This document shows, piece after piece, positions 37,403 through 48,357 of a DNA stretch of 64,000 nt. The stretch's first letter is position 1. The number at the start of each line of letters is the position of its first letter. Source of the stretch: an uncultured Verrucomicrobiae bacterium (GTDB taxonomy: Bacteria; Chlamydiota; Chlamydiia; Chlamydiales; Rhabdochlamydiaceae); NCBI GenBank assembly GCA_963718565.1, contig OY970364.1, forward strand, positions 2,080,001 to 2,144,000, given 5' to 3'. The notes below the pieces were generated by a model. The model worked only from the letters and a program-made list of their open reading frames with translations. It did not search any database and was not told the origin of the DNA. The position numbers and the translations under genes are program-made.

Positions 37403-38461
37403 ATGGGTCATATTAGAGAAAGAGATTTAAGCGATGGCAGCAAGAGATTTTATGCCGAAGCACAGCTTAAAGGTGGTGGTCCGAGATTGACGGCTACATT
37501 CAATCGAAAAACCGATGCAAAGCTTTGGATTCAGAAAACTGAAACTGAGATGCGCTGTGGCAAAAACCAGCTTATCGCTGCATCAAGAAAGCATATCTTT
37601 AAAGAGGCCGTACAAAGGTATTCCAAAGAGCAAAAAATCTCAGTCATTAAAAGAGGTCATTTACATTGGTGGGAAAAGGAGTTGGGCCACTATTTCCTCA
37701 AAGACATTCGCCCATCATTAATCGCAGAAAAAAAGCAAAAACTGTTAACGGAAACCACCGAAAAAGGTGTGGTGCGTAGCGGAAGTACCTGCAACAGGTA
37801 TCTTGCTACTATTAGCCATGTTTTAAGCATTTGCGAGAAACAATGGGAATGGATCGAAGGCAACCCTGTTAAAAAGATTTCCAGAGAAAAAGAATCTCGT
37901 GAGCGTACACGCTTCTTAAGCCCTGAAGAAAGGCAGGCTCTCCTAAAAGCTTGCAGAGAGAGCGAAAACCCCTACTTACTCACCTTTGTAGTTCTTCAAT
38001 TGTCCACTGGATGCCGTTACAACGAAATCCGTCATTTATGCTGGACGGATGTCGATTTGAATAAAGGAAAGATCACCATCAGAGAATCCAAGAATGGCGA
38101 TATGCGTTCTGTTCCTGTCTTGGGGTTTGTATTGGAATTGCTTCGACAGCTTGCAATGGGTCAAACCTCGCTTGGATATCTTTTTCCTTCTCAAGATAAG
38201 ACTCTTCCTCTTGATCTTCGTAGAGCTTACAGAACAGCGATTAAAAGAGCCAAATTAAGAGACTTCCGCGGGCATGATTGTAGACATTCTTATGCCACCG
38301 AAATGCTCGCTCAAGGTTTATCTCTTGGAGAAATAGGCCACCTGCTGGGTCATAGGAGCGTGTCCATGACGCGACGCTATGCTCATCTTGTTGAATCACG
38401 GTCTATTGCCGCTGTTGCTAAAATGTCCGATCAAATTTTTAAGGGGGTTGAAAATGCATAA
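37403..38461 (+). CDS. Tyrosine recombinase / phage-like integrase
   Basis: TGCRYNEI, KNG, HDCRHS, LLGH...MTRRY; SD AGGAG. Confidence 0.95.
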   Translation: MGHIRERDLSDGSKRFYAEAQLKGGGPRLTATFNRKTDAKLWIQKTETEMRCGKNQLIAASRKHIFKEAVQRYSKEQKISVIKRGHLHWWEKELGHYFLKDIRPSLIAEKKQKLLTETTEKGVVRSGSTCNRYLATISHVLSICEKQWEWIEGNPVKKISREKESRERTRFLSPEERQALLKACRESENPYLLTFVVLQLSTGCRYNEIRHLCWTDVDLNKGKITIRESKNGDMRSVPVLGFVLELLRQLAMGQTSLGYLFPSQDKTLPLDLRRAYRTAIKRAKLRDFRGHDCRHSYATEMLAQGLSLGEIGHLLGHRSVSMTRRYAHLVESRSIAAVAKMSDQIFKGVENA

Positions 38462-38963
38462 AACTAGATGGTATCCACAAAACCAACAGGAGGATTCTAG
38501 CGTTCCCTCAAAACCTACTAAAACTAAAAAATTCAGCTTAGATAAAATTTTAGATCGAAGATATAGCTCGATTCTTAAACAGATGCAAGCGTCTTCAGCT
38601 GAAGAAATAATCCCTCCTGCAGATGAGAGGGATTTTGAAGCAAGGATCACAAAGTATGAAGAGGATATAAAGAGTAAGCTTTTCGGATTCATGTATTATT
38701 TGAAGGAGAGCAAAACTCTTAAACGAGATTCAAGTGTGGAGACCATTTTTGAAAATAAGAATGTGATCAATATGGTTAAATTGCGATTCACAATTCAGTG
38801 TCTAACACAAGCCTTGAAGCTATTAAAATGCTCTAAAAAGAGCATTTTAGAGTCCTCGTTAATCGGTCTATATCAGTCACCTCTTAAGTTTTATGTTGTT
38901 GATTATGTGAATGATTGGATAGCAGAGGCTTTTGAAAAAAATGGTCATATTTTTGACTCATAA
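38454..38963 (+). CDS. Hypothetical protein
   Basis: ORF overlapping the integrase stop. Confidence 0.55.
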   Translation: MHKTRWYPQNQQEDSSVPSKPTKTKKFSLDKILDRRYSSILKQMQASSAEEIIPPADERDFEARITKYEEDIKSKLFGFMYYLKESKTLKRDSSVETIFENKNVINMVKLRFTIQCLTQALKLLKCSKKSILESSLIGLYQSPLKFYVVDYVNDWIAEAFEKNGHIFDS

Positions 38964-39081
38964 TTTGATGTCAATCAACGACAGTTTTTTTAATTTTCTG
39001 TTTCGTCAATCTGAAGCTTGTTTTGGTTTTTTAAGGAAATCTCCGGCAAGAGAATCCGTAAACATAACAAGGAGAAGATTT

Positions 39082-39276
39082 GTGAACGAACTTAGTCAAC
39101 AGTATCTCACGAAAAGACAGGCGGTGGAGAAATATGCATTTCTTACTGAAAACATGTTGAAAAACCTTTTGTTTAAAAATCCTGGCGGATTTAGAGACAA
39201 AGTTGCCAGGAAAATAGGTCGACGCATTGTTTTGGATGAGAAAGCGCTTCTGCTGTTTATCGCTGATAGTAAGTAG
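39082..39276 (+). CDS. Putative excisionase / small winged-helix DNA-binding protein
   Basis: GTG start after AAGGAG; YLTKRQA...RKIGRRIVLD pattern. Confidence 0.65.
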   Translation: MNELSQQYLTKRQAVEKYAFLTENMLKNLLFKNPGGFRDKVARKIGRRIVLDEKALLLFIADSK

Positions 39277-39375
39277 AAGGGTAAATGATAAAGGTTCCCA
39301 AATATAAAAAAGCTTTACATGCAGGAATTTTATTCAACAGCATAGCTTTAGATCCTAATCGTTACCCACAAGCTC

Positions 39376-39890
39376 TTAAACATACCCTGCTCCCCACAAC
39401 ATGTCTTTGAATCTCGTATAGCCTTTCCAGATCGTTTGCCACCCAGGCTCTCCATCCGATTTGCGTCCTATAAAGCCGCTTAAGCGCGCAAGGCAACGCC
39501 AATAATCTCTCACCGTTTTAAGCTTCACTCTCAGCCGCTGCTCCATAAGCATAATACAGCACTGGGGTACTACTTCTTCGACTCGCGTTTCTGGCGACAA
39601 TCGGCAGTGCTCTCTCATCGCCAAGAGTTGTGTTGCTATCACTCCAATAATTCCAAATAATGCAAGAATTCGGCCCAAGTTATTTCTAGCTCCACTTCAC
39701 CAGAGAACTCTTTACCGTTGGCCTTCACAAACAGCGTGGATTTGCACTTGGCCGTCTGTCGACGGATCCATGGGAAAAGACGCTCTTGCGCTCCATTGAT
39801 CTCCACTTTGCGATCATGTCGCGCCTGCACTATAAACTTCCATCCATTCCCAGTATAGTCAGCAGTAGGCCCAAGCCCATGTGCCCTCAC
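39376..39890 (-). pseudogene. IS4-family (Tn5/IS50-like) transposase remnant, internally deleted
   Basis: FIVQARHDR; LARLSGFIGRKSDGEPGWQTIWKG. Confidence 0.8.
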
Positions 39891-39893
39891 CGC

Positions 39894-40064
39894 ACTGGCG
39901 TTAACGTAAATCTTAAAAATTCAATTTGGAAAGGTATTAATGGCCACTTCGACATAAATAATGCAAATTGGATTGTTGGCGTTGCTACGACCATCTATGG
40001 TGAAAGCCATGCAATATTACTAAGACCCGTTGGCAAGTGTTCTGAACCGTCTAAAACTCGATAA
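39894..40064 (+). pseudogene. C-terminal fragment of an HAF-repeat-like extracellular protein
   Basis: INNANWIVGVATTIYGESHAILLRP resembles an HAF repeat; N-terminus lost at the IS4 remnant. Confidence 0.4.
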
Positions 40065-40187
40065 TTTTTTGATGTCACTATATACAGAAGGAGAGTTAAT
40101 TCTCTCCTTCACTGACTATTTTTTGCCGAGGATCGCAATTGTCTCAGTTCTGGGTGATGGTTGGTTAGTCGTTGAAACGCTGCATGT

Positions 40188-41411
40188 CTATCCGATCTGT
40201 TTTTCAACTTCAAAAGGCTTTAGAGAAAGCAGTTTTGAAAAGATTCGATAATTTTTTCTTTCGTGTCTAATTTTTCCAGCAACTATTCCAGCATTTATCC
40301 CAAGCTTTTTGGCAAAAGAGATGATGTCGTCTGTTGATTTAATTTTATTTTTTGACTTCATCCATTCGTGATGGGGAATAATAGCTTCATTAGCTACCTT
40401 ATCCGCTTCCAATTCGATTTTATCCAAATGTTCCTCCACATCAAGATCATCAATAAAAATTCCCATTTCCTCATTGTTTAAATTGATGTGTTTTATTAAA
40501 TGAGAAAGTTCATGGGCTAATACAAACCAGAAATTATCAATTCGTTTGTGACGCAAAGTTAATGCAATGATGGGACGTTTTTTAAAGGACATTGCCGCTC
40601 CATCAAGGAATGTTTTTTTAAAATGAGGCTCGAAAATAAGCGCGATCCCGAACCTTTCTAAATATTCTTTTGCTAATTTTGGGCCATTATTGCTAGCAGA
40701 GAGTTTAATTAAATCTCGCAACCATGATTCATTTATTAATTCCTTATTATATTCAGGAAGGTGCGCCAATTTTTCGGCCTTCTTCAGAACACAGATGTGC
40801 CATACGGAAAGAGCATATTTATCAATAGATCTCTTTCCTCGTTGATGCAAAGGAGCTCTGAGATATGCATGCCCGGGTTGAAGCAGATTCAAATATTCTC
40901 CACAGAATTCTTTCATTAGTTCTTCAGCATATTCCTTTAAATCTTTTGCGTTTTTATAAAGCTTTTTAAAACAGCCTCTTTTTTGCATTTCTTTAAGGGG
41001 AAACTGTCTGTAATCAATATAAGAATCATGAAGTACGTCGGAAGCTTGTGCTGTATCTGTTAGCAAACTTGTTAGCGGAATTCCGAGCCCTTTATGTAGC
41101 TTGCGGATCATTGAAATGGACAGTTTGCGTGTTCCTGATAAAACTTCTGAAACTTTTGAAGCAGAACCTATGAAAGGAATTAAATCCTTTTTTAATAAGT
41201 TCATTTGATCCATTCGGAACTTGATTGCTTCAATGGGGTCAAGATCGCTAGGGCCAATATTTTTTTCTTCGTAATCTTTGAGAACCAGTTGTAGAAGTTC
41301 AATGAGATTTTCATCGTCAGAGCCAGGCACGAGATCTCTGTTCATCAGAGTGGAAAGTTGCTCTAACGCTGCTTCATACTCAGCTTGATCCTTGATAATC
41401 TTTACATTCAT
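40188..41411 (-). CDS. higA: HigA-like antitoxin: HTH fused to ImmA/IrrE-type Zn peptidase
   Basis: DPIEAIKFRMDQ..SKVSEVLSG..LSISMIRKLH; DNFWFVLAHELSH (HExxH). Confidence 0.88.
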   Translation of the reverse strand: MNVKIIKDQAEYEAALEQLSTLMNRDLVPGSDDENLIELLQLVLKDYEEKNIGPSDLDPIEAIKFRMDQMNLLKKDLIPFIGSASKVSEVLSGTRKLSISMIRKLHKGLGIPLTSLLTDTAQASDVLHDSYIDYRQFPLKEMQKRGCFKKLYKNAKDLKEYAEELMKEFCGEYLNLLQPGHAYLRAPLHQRGKRSIDKYALSVWHICVLKKAEKLAHLPEYNKELINESWLRDLIKLSASNNGPKLAKEYLERFGIALIFEPHFKKTFLDGAAMSFKKRPIIALTLRHKRIDNFWFVLAHELSHLIKHINLNNEEMGIFIDDLDVEEHLDKIELEADKVANEAIIPHHEWMKSKNKIKSTDDIISFAKKLGINAGIVAGKIRHERKNYRIFSKLLSLKPFEVEKQIG

Positions 41412-41456
41412 TTTTATGTCCTTCGCCAAAAAAACCACCCTTTTTCAAAAAGCGCT

Positions 41457-41741
41457 CTAAAATTTTTTTCTTGAATACTCTGAATGAGTACCAGCCCATT
41501 CAACAAGCACGATTTGTCTTAAATAGTCCACCCTTACCACTACTCTGTATTGATTTCCCTTTATATCAAAAATAATTTTGTTGTCGTGCAGAAAGTCCGC
41601 AGATGGAAAGCTGTTTTTAACACAGTGGGTACTCTTCCATACCGCCGCTATAATCTCAGCTTTCCAGGCATCGATGGCCTTACGAGAGTTGCTGTGCTTT
41701 TTTTTAAACCCATCTAGTATGAGTTGGCCATATAGTTTCAA
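41457..41741 (-). CDS. higB: HigB-family mRNA interferase toxin
   Basis: FPSADF, IFDIKGNQYR, GTHSEY. Confidence 0.9.
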   Translation of the reverse strand: MKLYGQLILDGFKKKHSNSRKAIDAWKAEIIAAVWKSTHCVKNSFPSADFLHDNKIIFDIKGNQYRVVVRVDYLRQIVLVEWAGTHSEYSRKKF

Positions 41742-41757
41742 GCTAAGCTCGATATTT

Positions 41758-41802
41758 TTCCCATAATGGGAACAATTGTATGGTTCACGGTTTTTTTGTC
41801 AA
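41758..41802 (-). promoter_or_regulatory. higBA promoter with palindromic operator
   Basis: Minus strand TTGACA-16bp-TACAAT followed by TTCCCA-N3-TGGGAA. Confidence 0.7.
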
Positions 41803-42377
41803 TGTACATCTGAATTGGTGTCGTTGACGTTTCACTTAATAGATGTCGGCAGCACATTTTTAACATCCGGCGTGGGAAAATCATAAAACCGCACAGAAAA
41901 ATGCCGTAATATTGCCTTAGTTGGTAATTTCTCACCTTTGCCATCAATCAATCTCAATCACCAAAAATCTCTAGAAAAAATTTGCATCTCCCAATAGACT
42001 TTGATGATCTTGGTTGATTTAAGGTCATTCAAGGAAACGGGCGGAATCGACCTTGCAAGACTGGCCAACTGCTGATTCATTATGAAGCTTTTTAATACGC
42101 TCTTCGACACAAGGATAACAAGGTTGCTTTTTCATAAAGTTTATTGGAAAAGTAATTGGGATAATCTTATCAATTCTCTTTTGCCGCATGAACCTGATTG
42201 GGAGGTCGGGGAACACTTGATTGTGACGCCAGCCACAAATAAGGCTCGAGGTAATAGGCACCGCCTTAAAAACGATAAATGTAGTCATAAGGAGCTCTTT
42301 GCATATCTCTCATGGGATGCAGTTGGGAGATTCGTGGATATCTGTCGGTTAGATCAGGAAGTCAAAGAGCGTAAAGT

Positions 42378-42612
42378 CGCATAAAATCGCGCTTTTGGCA
42401 CCTATCGCCTTGGCGGCGGCTGCCTTCGGCCCCGGTTCGCTCTTCGCTCACCTGCTTTGCTACTTACGAAGGTTCCCCAGACCTTCTCGTGTCTTCGCAG
42501 CCACTTATCCAAGTATGCTTCACCGCCGCCAACCGAACCCGCTGTGCGGATTCTGGCAACAGGCGCCAAAATCATCGATTTTCTGCTGGTGAGGAGTTTT
42601 GCAATTCCCTCT
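42378..42612. mobile_element. MITE family A copy lacking most of the left TIR
   Basis: Near-identical to 34389-34623. Confidence 0.85.
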
Positions 42613-42685
42613 TAAGCAATCCGAATCTCCAAATGCTTACCCAATGCAGTAACAGCCATAACCAGCGACTTCAAGCTACAGCTCT

Positions 42686-42859
42686 TATACCGAAATGAAC
42701 TCAAGATTTGGTTTTTGGCTACGTCGGGCAGCCACTGTATTTGAGCCCACCTGCATCGCACAACTTATTCAAGTTGTGCTGCTTCGGCGTCGCATACGCT
42801 GGCTCAAATTCAGGGCGCCTCCTTGCCAAATTCCCAAATCTTGAGTTCATTTCGGTATA
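42686..42859. mobile_element. MITE-like element family C
   Basis: TIR TATACCGAAATGAACTCAAGATTTGG / CCAAATCTTGAGTTCATTTCGGTATA; inverted copy 62372-62545. Confidence 0.9.
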
Positions 42860-42993
42860 TACTCTAGAAAATTGAAGTCTGGAGAGGATTGAGTTCAATT
42901 GTTTGGAAATTGTCGTTAATTCGCTTTTTCAGCATGTCTTTTAAATTAATAACGCCAGTGTTGAAAAAATCTCTAATTTTCTCAGTAAATTCA

Positions 42994-44294
42994 CAGGGCC
43001 ATTTAACTAAAATGTTTTGACATTTTCGAACAGAAAAATGTTGCCAAAATTCCCTTTAAGTACCCACCACCGAAAGTTGCTGCGCGCCTTACGGAGGCGA
43101 GCCCCCTTTCTGGATCTACAACTGCAGCCATGTTCATAGCCAAACGTCGAAACAACCCCATGTTCTCCGCACTATTCCCTCTATCCGTCAATGCATAATC
43201 CTCTTCAAAAATCACATCAGCTACCCAATGGCATTTGTTTTCTATGCTCCAGTGCTGTCGGGTCCATTTAGCAAAATCTTTGGCAGATGCTCGACGACTC
43301 GAAATATATAGCCGTCTAAATACCTCATTGGCAGTAGATCCAAGTTTTTGCCTCGTGGACCTTACTTCGATGAGACAGACTAAGTTTTTCCATTTGCCCG
43401 CATTTGGCAACCAGTCCAGGTCCTCGACGACTCGTACTTCTCGAATGTCGATTCGACCATGGCCTTTATCTACTTCCTGGTGAAACGAATGGGGGACTTC
43501 CTCCCATTCGACTGCGTGAGCTTGATCAAAAAAATTCTCCATTTCAGCGCACAGCGTTGGCTGGTTGTCCTTAACAGCCAGCAGATAATCTGCCTTCGCA
43601 TCAACGATTTGTTCTGCCGATTCGGCTACGGTGAAATGTGCATCTCCTGAAATAATCGCCCCCTCTACATTCACTTGCTCCAAAATGATTGGTAACGTGC
43701 TCTTTTCGACTGTTTTATTTGGGACCTTTTCCACGGCAAGACATAATCGATCCTCCGCTGCGAATAGCTCCACTACGTGTGTGACACCGCCTAGGAAATT
43801 TGCGCCTTTCATCCGTTTACCATCGATCGCCAATAGCTGATCGCGCAATGAAGCAGGAATTTTGCTGAACCATTTTTGCAAGTAGTGCTTGAGCGCACCA
43901 GGGGGTGTTTTCACTAAAAACCACCAGAGCGCTCCATGGGAAGGTGCTGAGAGCTCCTCACCTAGCAGAGAAGAAAACCACTCCTCCTGCAGAGAAACAT
44001 ATTCAGCGATTTCCTCAATCGTATTGCATCCACAAAAGAATCCGCAGAGAATAACAAGAGTCAAATACCAAACTGGATATAAGACACGTTTTTGATTACG
44101 TCGATAATCAGGGAAATCTGCAAACTCTCCCTTGACGGTTTCCGCGAATACACGGGCATCAAAATTCTTACTAGCTTCTAGGATTGTGGCGTCGATTGGC
44201 TTACGGCGTGACATAATAGGTCCTCCAAATTTGAGGAATTTATTATGCCATCTTAGCTGATCTGGTATCAAAAATTTTTAGTTAAATGGCCCTG
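42994..44294 (-). mobile_element. Intact ISAs1-family insertion sequence
   Basis: TIR CAGGGCCATTTAACTAAAA; 10-bp target duplication AGTAAATTCA at 42984-42993 and 44295-44304. Confidence 0.95.
43003..44214 (-). CDS. ISAs1-family transposase
   Basis: AIDGK, LAVKDNQPTL, DKGHGRI, RQHWSIENKCHW. Confidence 0.95.
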   Translation of the reverse strand: MSRRKPIDATILEASKNFDARVFAETVKGEFADFPDYRRNQKRVLYPVWYLTLVILCGFFCGCNTIEEIAEYVSLQEEWFSSLLGEELSAPSHGALWWFLVKTPPGALKHYLQKWFSKIPASLRDQLLAIDGKRMKGANFLGGVTHVVELFAAEDRLCLAVEKVPNKTVEKSTLPIILEQVNVEGAIISGDAHFTVAESAEQIVDAKADYLLAVKDNQPTLCAEMENFFDQAHAVEWEEVPHSFHQEVDKGHGRIDIREVRVVEDLDWLPNAGKWKNLVCLIEVRSTRQKLGSTANEVFRRLYISSRRASAKDFAKWTRQHWSIENKCHWVADVIFEEDYALTDRGNSAENMGLFRRLAMNMAAVVDPERGLASVRRAATFGGGYLKGILATFFCSKMSKHFS

Positions 44295-45774
44295 AGTAAA
44301 TTCATTGAATTTTGAATACAGTGTATTATAAGTAACACACTCTCTCATAACTTTCCATAAACGCTCAATAGCATTCAAATTTGGGGAATACGGAGGTAAG
44401 TAGTGTATTTGAATTTTGGTTTGGCTATCCAAATATTTTTGCACTTCCTTATTCTTGTTTGATCTGCCGTTGTCTAAGATTAAGTGGATTTTTTTTGCAT
44501 CTGTATTAGCCGCTAACGTTTGGAGAAAATCGACCGCACTTGCAGCATCCACAGTGCTATATTCCTTCGTCACGACTTGCATTGCAGTCAATTCAATGGC
44601 ACCAATAAAATGCAATCGCTCTTGCTTAGCGGTTGTTCCTAATGTCTTTATTTCGTTTTTTAGGATCCACCCAGCCACAGACTGGCTCTGATACTCAGGG
44701 TGTACAGCATCTCCAAAGAAAATTTTCTCGCCTTCTTGGAGACCGGCTTTCAATTCATTGTATTTTTTAAGGAACGCAGCTTGTTTTTCGGGATCGAGCT
44801 TTCCTGGTACTTTGATTGGATGTTTATAAACAAATCCATGCCTCTTCAACCAATTTGTCATACCAGCCACAGTGTATTTCACTTGATATGCGTCTAGAAC
44901 GTAGAGACAAATTTTGCTCATTTTGAGATACGTTATTTGACTCAAATGTCTCCTCAGCGCATCTTCTTGGTCTAGGGTTAACTTGGAGGCCTTTCCCAAA
45001 TGTGGATCATTGATAGTTTTTTGCTTGGCATCGTATTCTCTTTGATAATCATAAACGGACGACTCGCTAATTCTTAAAATCGCCGCTATTTCCCCTGGAC
45101 TGTGGCAATCATCCCTACCTAAAATGACGCATACACGGTTCCGTTCGTTGACATCTCTTGTTTTTTTTACAAGCTGTTCTAAATATAAACGCTGCTCATT
45201 GGACAACTTTTGCATAGAAGCATTATCCACTATCGCTGAAATATTTTTTAGGGAAATTTAAAATTTTACAGAATCCAATCATGAATAGTATATACGGATC
45301 CAATATTCGATCAATTGCAGCTCGACTTGTATTTAACATTTTTGCAAATTGAGATTTTGTGATTTTTTGTTTTTTCATTTCTTGCTCAAGTTGAAAAGCA
45401 ATGATCCTTTTAATGGCTTCAGCGGTGCATTCTTCAAGCATTCCTTCTTCTTTGAGGAAATCATCAAAACCTGATTACTGCTTTTCTGGCATCAACCTCG
45501 GGCACGGCAAATCCTTGACGTCGGATAAGGATTCCGCCGAAAAAAATGGAAAAGTCCATTTGCATTTTGCTCAGATTGAACTCTTAGTTGCTAAAGACTG
45601 AATGCTAACCCGTTTTCAGGACGACGACGCACGGCCAGTGCGCATCGCCTGAAAGGATTCCAGTTCCCCTCCAAAATTTTCAGAGAAAATTTTGTCTGCG
45701 TTGTTTTTTTCTGTTCTTACAATTTCCCTTTGGGAATCGCATGAAGAATTTATCATAAGAGGACCAGTGTTCAA

Positions 45775-46956
45775 TCAGAGTTCCAGGATGGGCAGAGAGG
45801 CAAGCTGTCTCCAGCTCAGGGTTGTTCCTTGAGAGCGGGATTGTTTCTCCTTACCCGCGTAAACAATGTAGCTATTTGAAGGATCGTTGTCTGCTAATTG
45901 ATTCCATCTTGTAAGGCCTGTAAAAAAATCGGAGTTGATTGTCTCTGATGACTTGATCTCAATGGGTACGAGTTTTTCTCCATATTCGAGGAGACAGTCC
46001 ACTTCATGGCCCGCCTTATCACGCCAGAAGTAGAGATTGGGCATAAGCCCCGCATTGAAACGTTGTTTCATGAGATCGGAGAGGATCATCGACTCAAAAA
46101 GTCCCCCGCGCAGGTAATGTCTCATTAGGTCTTTTGGAGATCGAATGGAGAGAAGGTGGCAGGCAATCGCACTGTCATAGAAATATAGTTTGGGAGTTTT
46201 GATGACGCGTTTGTTGAAGTTTTTGTGATGAGGCTGCAGGAGGAAGATGATATAGGTAGCTTCAAGTAGAGAAAGCCAAGAACGCACAGTATGCGCTGTA
46301 ATTCCGCAGTCATTTCCAATCGATGTTAAATCCAAGAGTTGACCTACCCGTCCTGCACAGAGTTGGAGAAATTTTTGAAATAGAGAAAGATCCGAGATCT
46401 GTTTGAGATGGCGTACATCCCTTTCAACGTATGTCTGGATATAGCTTTGAATCCATTCTTGGGGTTCGATTTTTTTTGCATAGAGAGGGGGATAAAAGCC
46501 TTGAAATAGGATCTTTTCCATCTCTTTCGGGAGAAGGGAAGCTTCGTCTAGTTCCTCTAGACTTAAAGGTAGAAGAGTAACAAGAGCGATTCTTCCGGCA
46601 AGGGTCTGGCTAATATGGTGGTTTAGCAGGATGTTTTCCGATCCTGTTAAAAGAAAAAAACCAGGTTTTTGCCACTCATCGACATGGGCTTGGATGTATG
46701 ACAGGAGATTGGGGACACGTTGAATTTCATCGAGTATAACACCTTTTTCCTCTTCTAATGCCTTAAGAAACCGCCGAGGGTCTTCCTCTGCAAAACGGCG
46801 CGTATCAAGCTCTTCTAAATTGATGTATTTGTAAGAAGGGAAAAGAGCTTTTACAATGGTTGTTTTACCCGATTGCCTCGGACCCAAGATTCCAACTACA
46901 GGAAATTGAGCGCTGAGTTTTTTAAGACGCGAGGCGATTTTTCTCTTAATGAACAT
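45775..46956 (-). CDS. AAA_14 ATPase with DUF4143 / C-terminal PD-(D/E)xK-like domain
   Basis: GPRQSGKTT, LDEIQ, LTGS, KTPKLYFYD, EVD...PIEIKS. Confidence 0.88.
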   Translation of the reverse strand: MFIKRKIASRLKKLSAQFPVVGILGPRQSGKTTIVKALFPSYKYINLEELDTRRFAEEDPRRFLKALEEEKGVILDEIQRVPNLLSYIQAHVDEWQKPGFFLLTGSENILLNHHISQTLAGRIALVTLLPLSLEELDEASLLPKEMEKILFQGFYPPLYAKKIEPQEWIQSYIQTYVERDVRHLKQISDLSLFQKFLQLCAGRVGQLLDLTSIGNDCGITAHTVRSWLSLLEATYIIFLLQPHHKNFNKRVIKTPKLYFYDSAIACHLLSIRSPKDLMRHYLRGGLFESMILSDLMKQRFNAGLMPNLYFWRDKAGHEVDCLLEYGEKLVPIEIKSSETINSDFFTGLTRWNQLADNDPSNSYIVYAGKEKQSRSQGTTLSWRQLASLPILEL

Positions 46957-47333
46957 GCCAACCCTTTTAAGGACAATTATGTAATTCGATTGCATAATTG
47001 TCCACATTCTCGCTAAGCCATTCTTTTTAAGCTATTTAAAATACAACGAAGATGATTTTGGTTCACTTGAAAATTGTAAAAATTGGAAATTGTTGATTTC
47101 CTAAAAATGTCTCAAAAACACCGTAATTTTAACGGAGTAGCCAATTTCTCAAGCCTGAAATAGATCACCTTCGATTACCCAGAATTCCTTTATCGATCTT
47201 GATTGGGCACGGATCGAAATGGTCTTCAACTTTTGCCAGAAAGAATCGAAACGGCTCTAATCCTGATTTAGAGTCTTTAATCGAAACAAAAAATGAACTC
47301 CTGCACTATTGGGAGCAGAGTAATATCTCCGTA

Positions 47334-48137
47334 TTATGCTCTTGCAGGTTTTTGCAGGTGGGCAAACAACGGAGCGTGCTCGTTTGGGACTGTCTGTAAT
47401 TGCTCTTCATCCATAAGTAAAAAATCGGGATTGGAAAAATCCTTAAACCAGCGGCGCGTGTAGCTCATGTAAAGCAAAGAGCGCATATGGTCGGAATGGT
47501 TAGATCCTCCTGCATGAAAAGTTCTATAGTCCCAAAAGTAACAACTTCCTATGGGGCCGCAGAGCAAATGTTTAACATAAGAGTGCATTTGCTGATCAAT
47601 AGGGTAGGTGCGGTGGGAGCCAGCCCAAATTTTTGTTGGTCCATTGATTAGATCGATGTCAACTAGTGGCACAGCAAATGTGACCGCAAATGTCGGGATC
47701 GCAGAAGATGTATTTGTGTTTTCTTCGAATAGCGGATAGTAGTCTGCATGAATGTGCTGGTCTGTGGAACCAGGTAGTGCAGTGAAAGAACCCAAGCTAC
47801 TTAAGATAAAATGGGCCCCGAGGATTTCCTTCATCAGTGGCATCAAAATTGCATTCGCATAGAGTTCAGGGTCATTAAAAGGGGGAGCGAAGGGAATTGG
47901 TACAATATAGCGCCTATGGCTGACTTGGGTGCCACCGCTGAGGGTCATCTCTTCTTCGTTAAATTGCAGTTGGCTTGCATAGATAGCAGCCAGCTCTTGA
48001 ATAAATTCCTTCGGATAAAGATTTTCAATTTTTAGAAAGCCATGGTTCTCAAAAATGTGCTTGGCCATTTTCAAAGTGTTTGGATGGAACTTCTGCTCTA
48101 AAATTTCACTTTCACTAAGGGTAATGCTTGTAATCAT
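47334..48137 (-). CDS. Phytanoyl-CoA dioxygenase (PhyH) family Fe(II)/2OG dioxygenase
   Basis: QHIHAD, NGPT..WAGSH, HAGGSN. Confidence 0.85.
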   Translation of the reverse strand: MITSITLSESEILEQKFHPNTLKMAKHIFENHGFLKIENLYPKEFIQELAAIYASQLQFNEEEMTLSGGTQVSHRRYIVPIPFAPPFNDPELYANAILMPLMKEILGAHFILSSLGSFTALPGSTDQHIHADYYPLFEENTNTSSAIPTFAVTFAVPLVDIDLINGPTKIWAGSHRTYPIDQQMHSYVKHLLCGPIGSCYFWDYRTFHAGGSNHSDHMRSLLYMSYTRRWFKDFSNPDFLLMDEEQLQTVPNEHAPLFAHLQKPARA

Positions 48138-48357
48138 TGCAGTTCCTGGGCTTATAACCTGAATTTTAGATTTATAGTCTTTTTTGGCCTTGTTGCGTAA
48201 ATAGATAATTTTACCACAGAGCCGTCTTTTTTGCGATATTAACAAAAACATTAAACGTTAGAGGGAATTGCAAAACTCCTCGCCGCATAAAATCGATTTC
48301 CGAATCTCCAATTAAAGAGAAATTGACACAATGGCTGCAAAAATATAGCGTTGGGTT

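Larger units (their letters stand above)
42858..45292 (-). mobile_element. IS630-family element; transposase (45230-44295 + 42993-42864) interrupted by ISAs1
   Basis: GDAVHP, ILDNG, YLPPYSPNLNAIERLW; frame resumes EKIRDFF after ISAs1; TATACT termini. Confidence 0.85.
42612..45470 (-). pseudogene. XRE-family HTH regulator split by IS630 + MITE (N-part 45293-45470, C-part 42612-42687)
   Basis: FDDFLKEEG...AAIDRILDPY joins in frame with KSCSLKSLVMAVTALGKHLEIRIA*. Confidence 0.75.
37107..45666. mobile_element. tRNA-Phe-associated integrative island
   Basis: Identical 53-bp direct repeats 37107-37159 and 45614-45666 ending in the tRNA 3' fragment GATTCCAGTTC; integrase at left end. Confidence 0.85.

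Noticed and set aside
42082..42384. 100-aa ORF inside the island
   Set aside because: No motif, ends at a MITE junction; cannot be supported as a gene
45775..46956. AAA-DUF4143 protein as part of the island or a novel defence system
   Set aside because: Lies outside the 53-bp repeat; a common standalone family with no partner gene here
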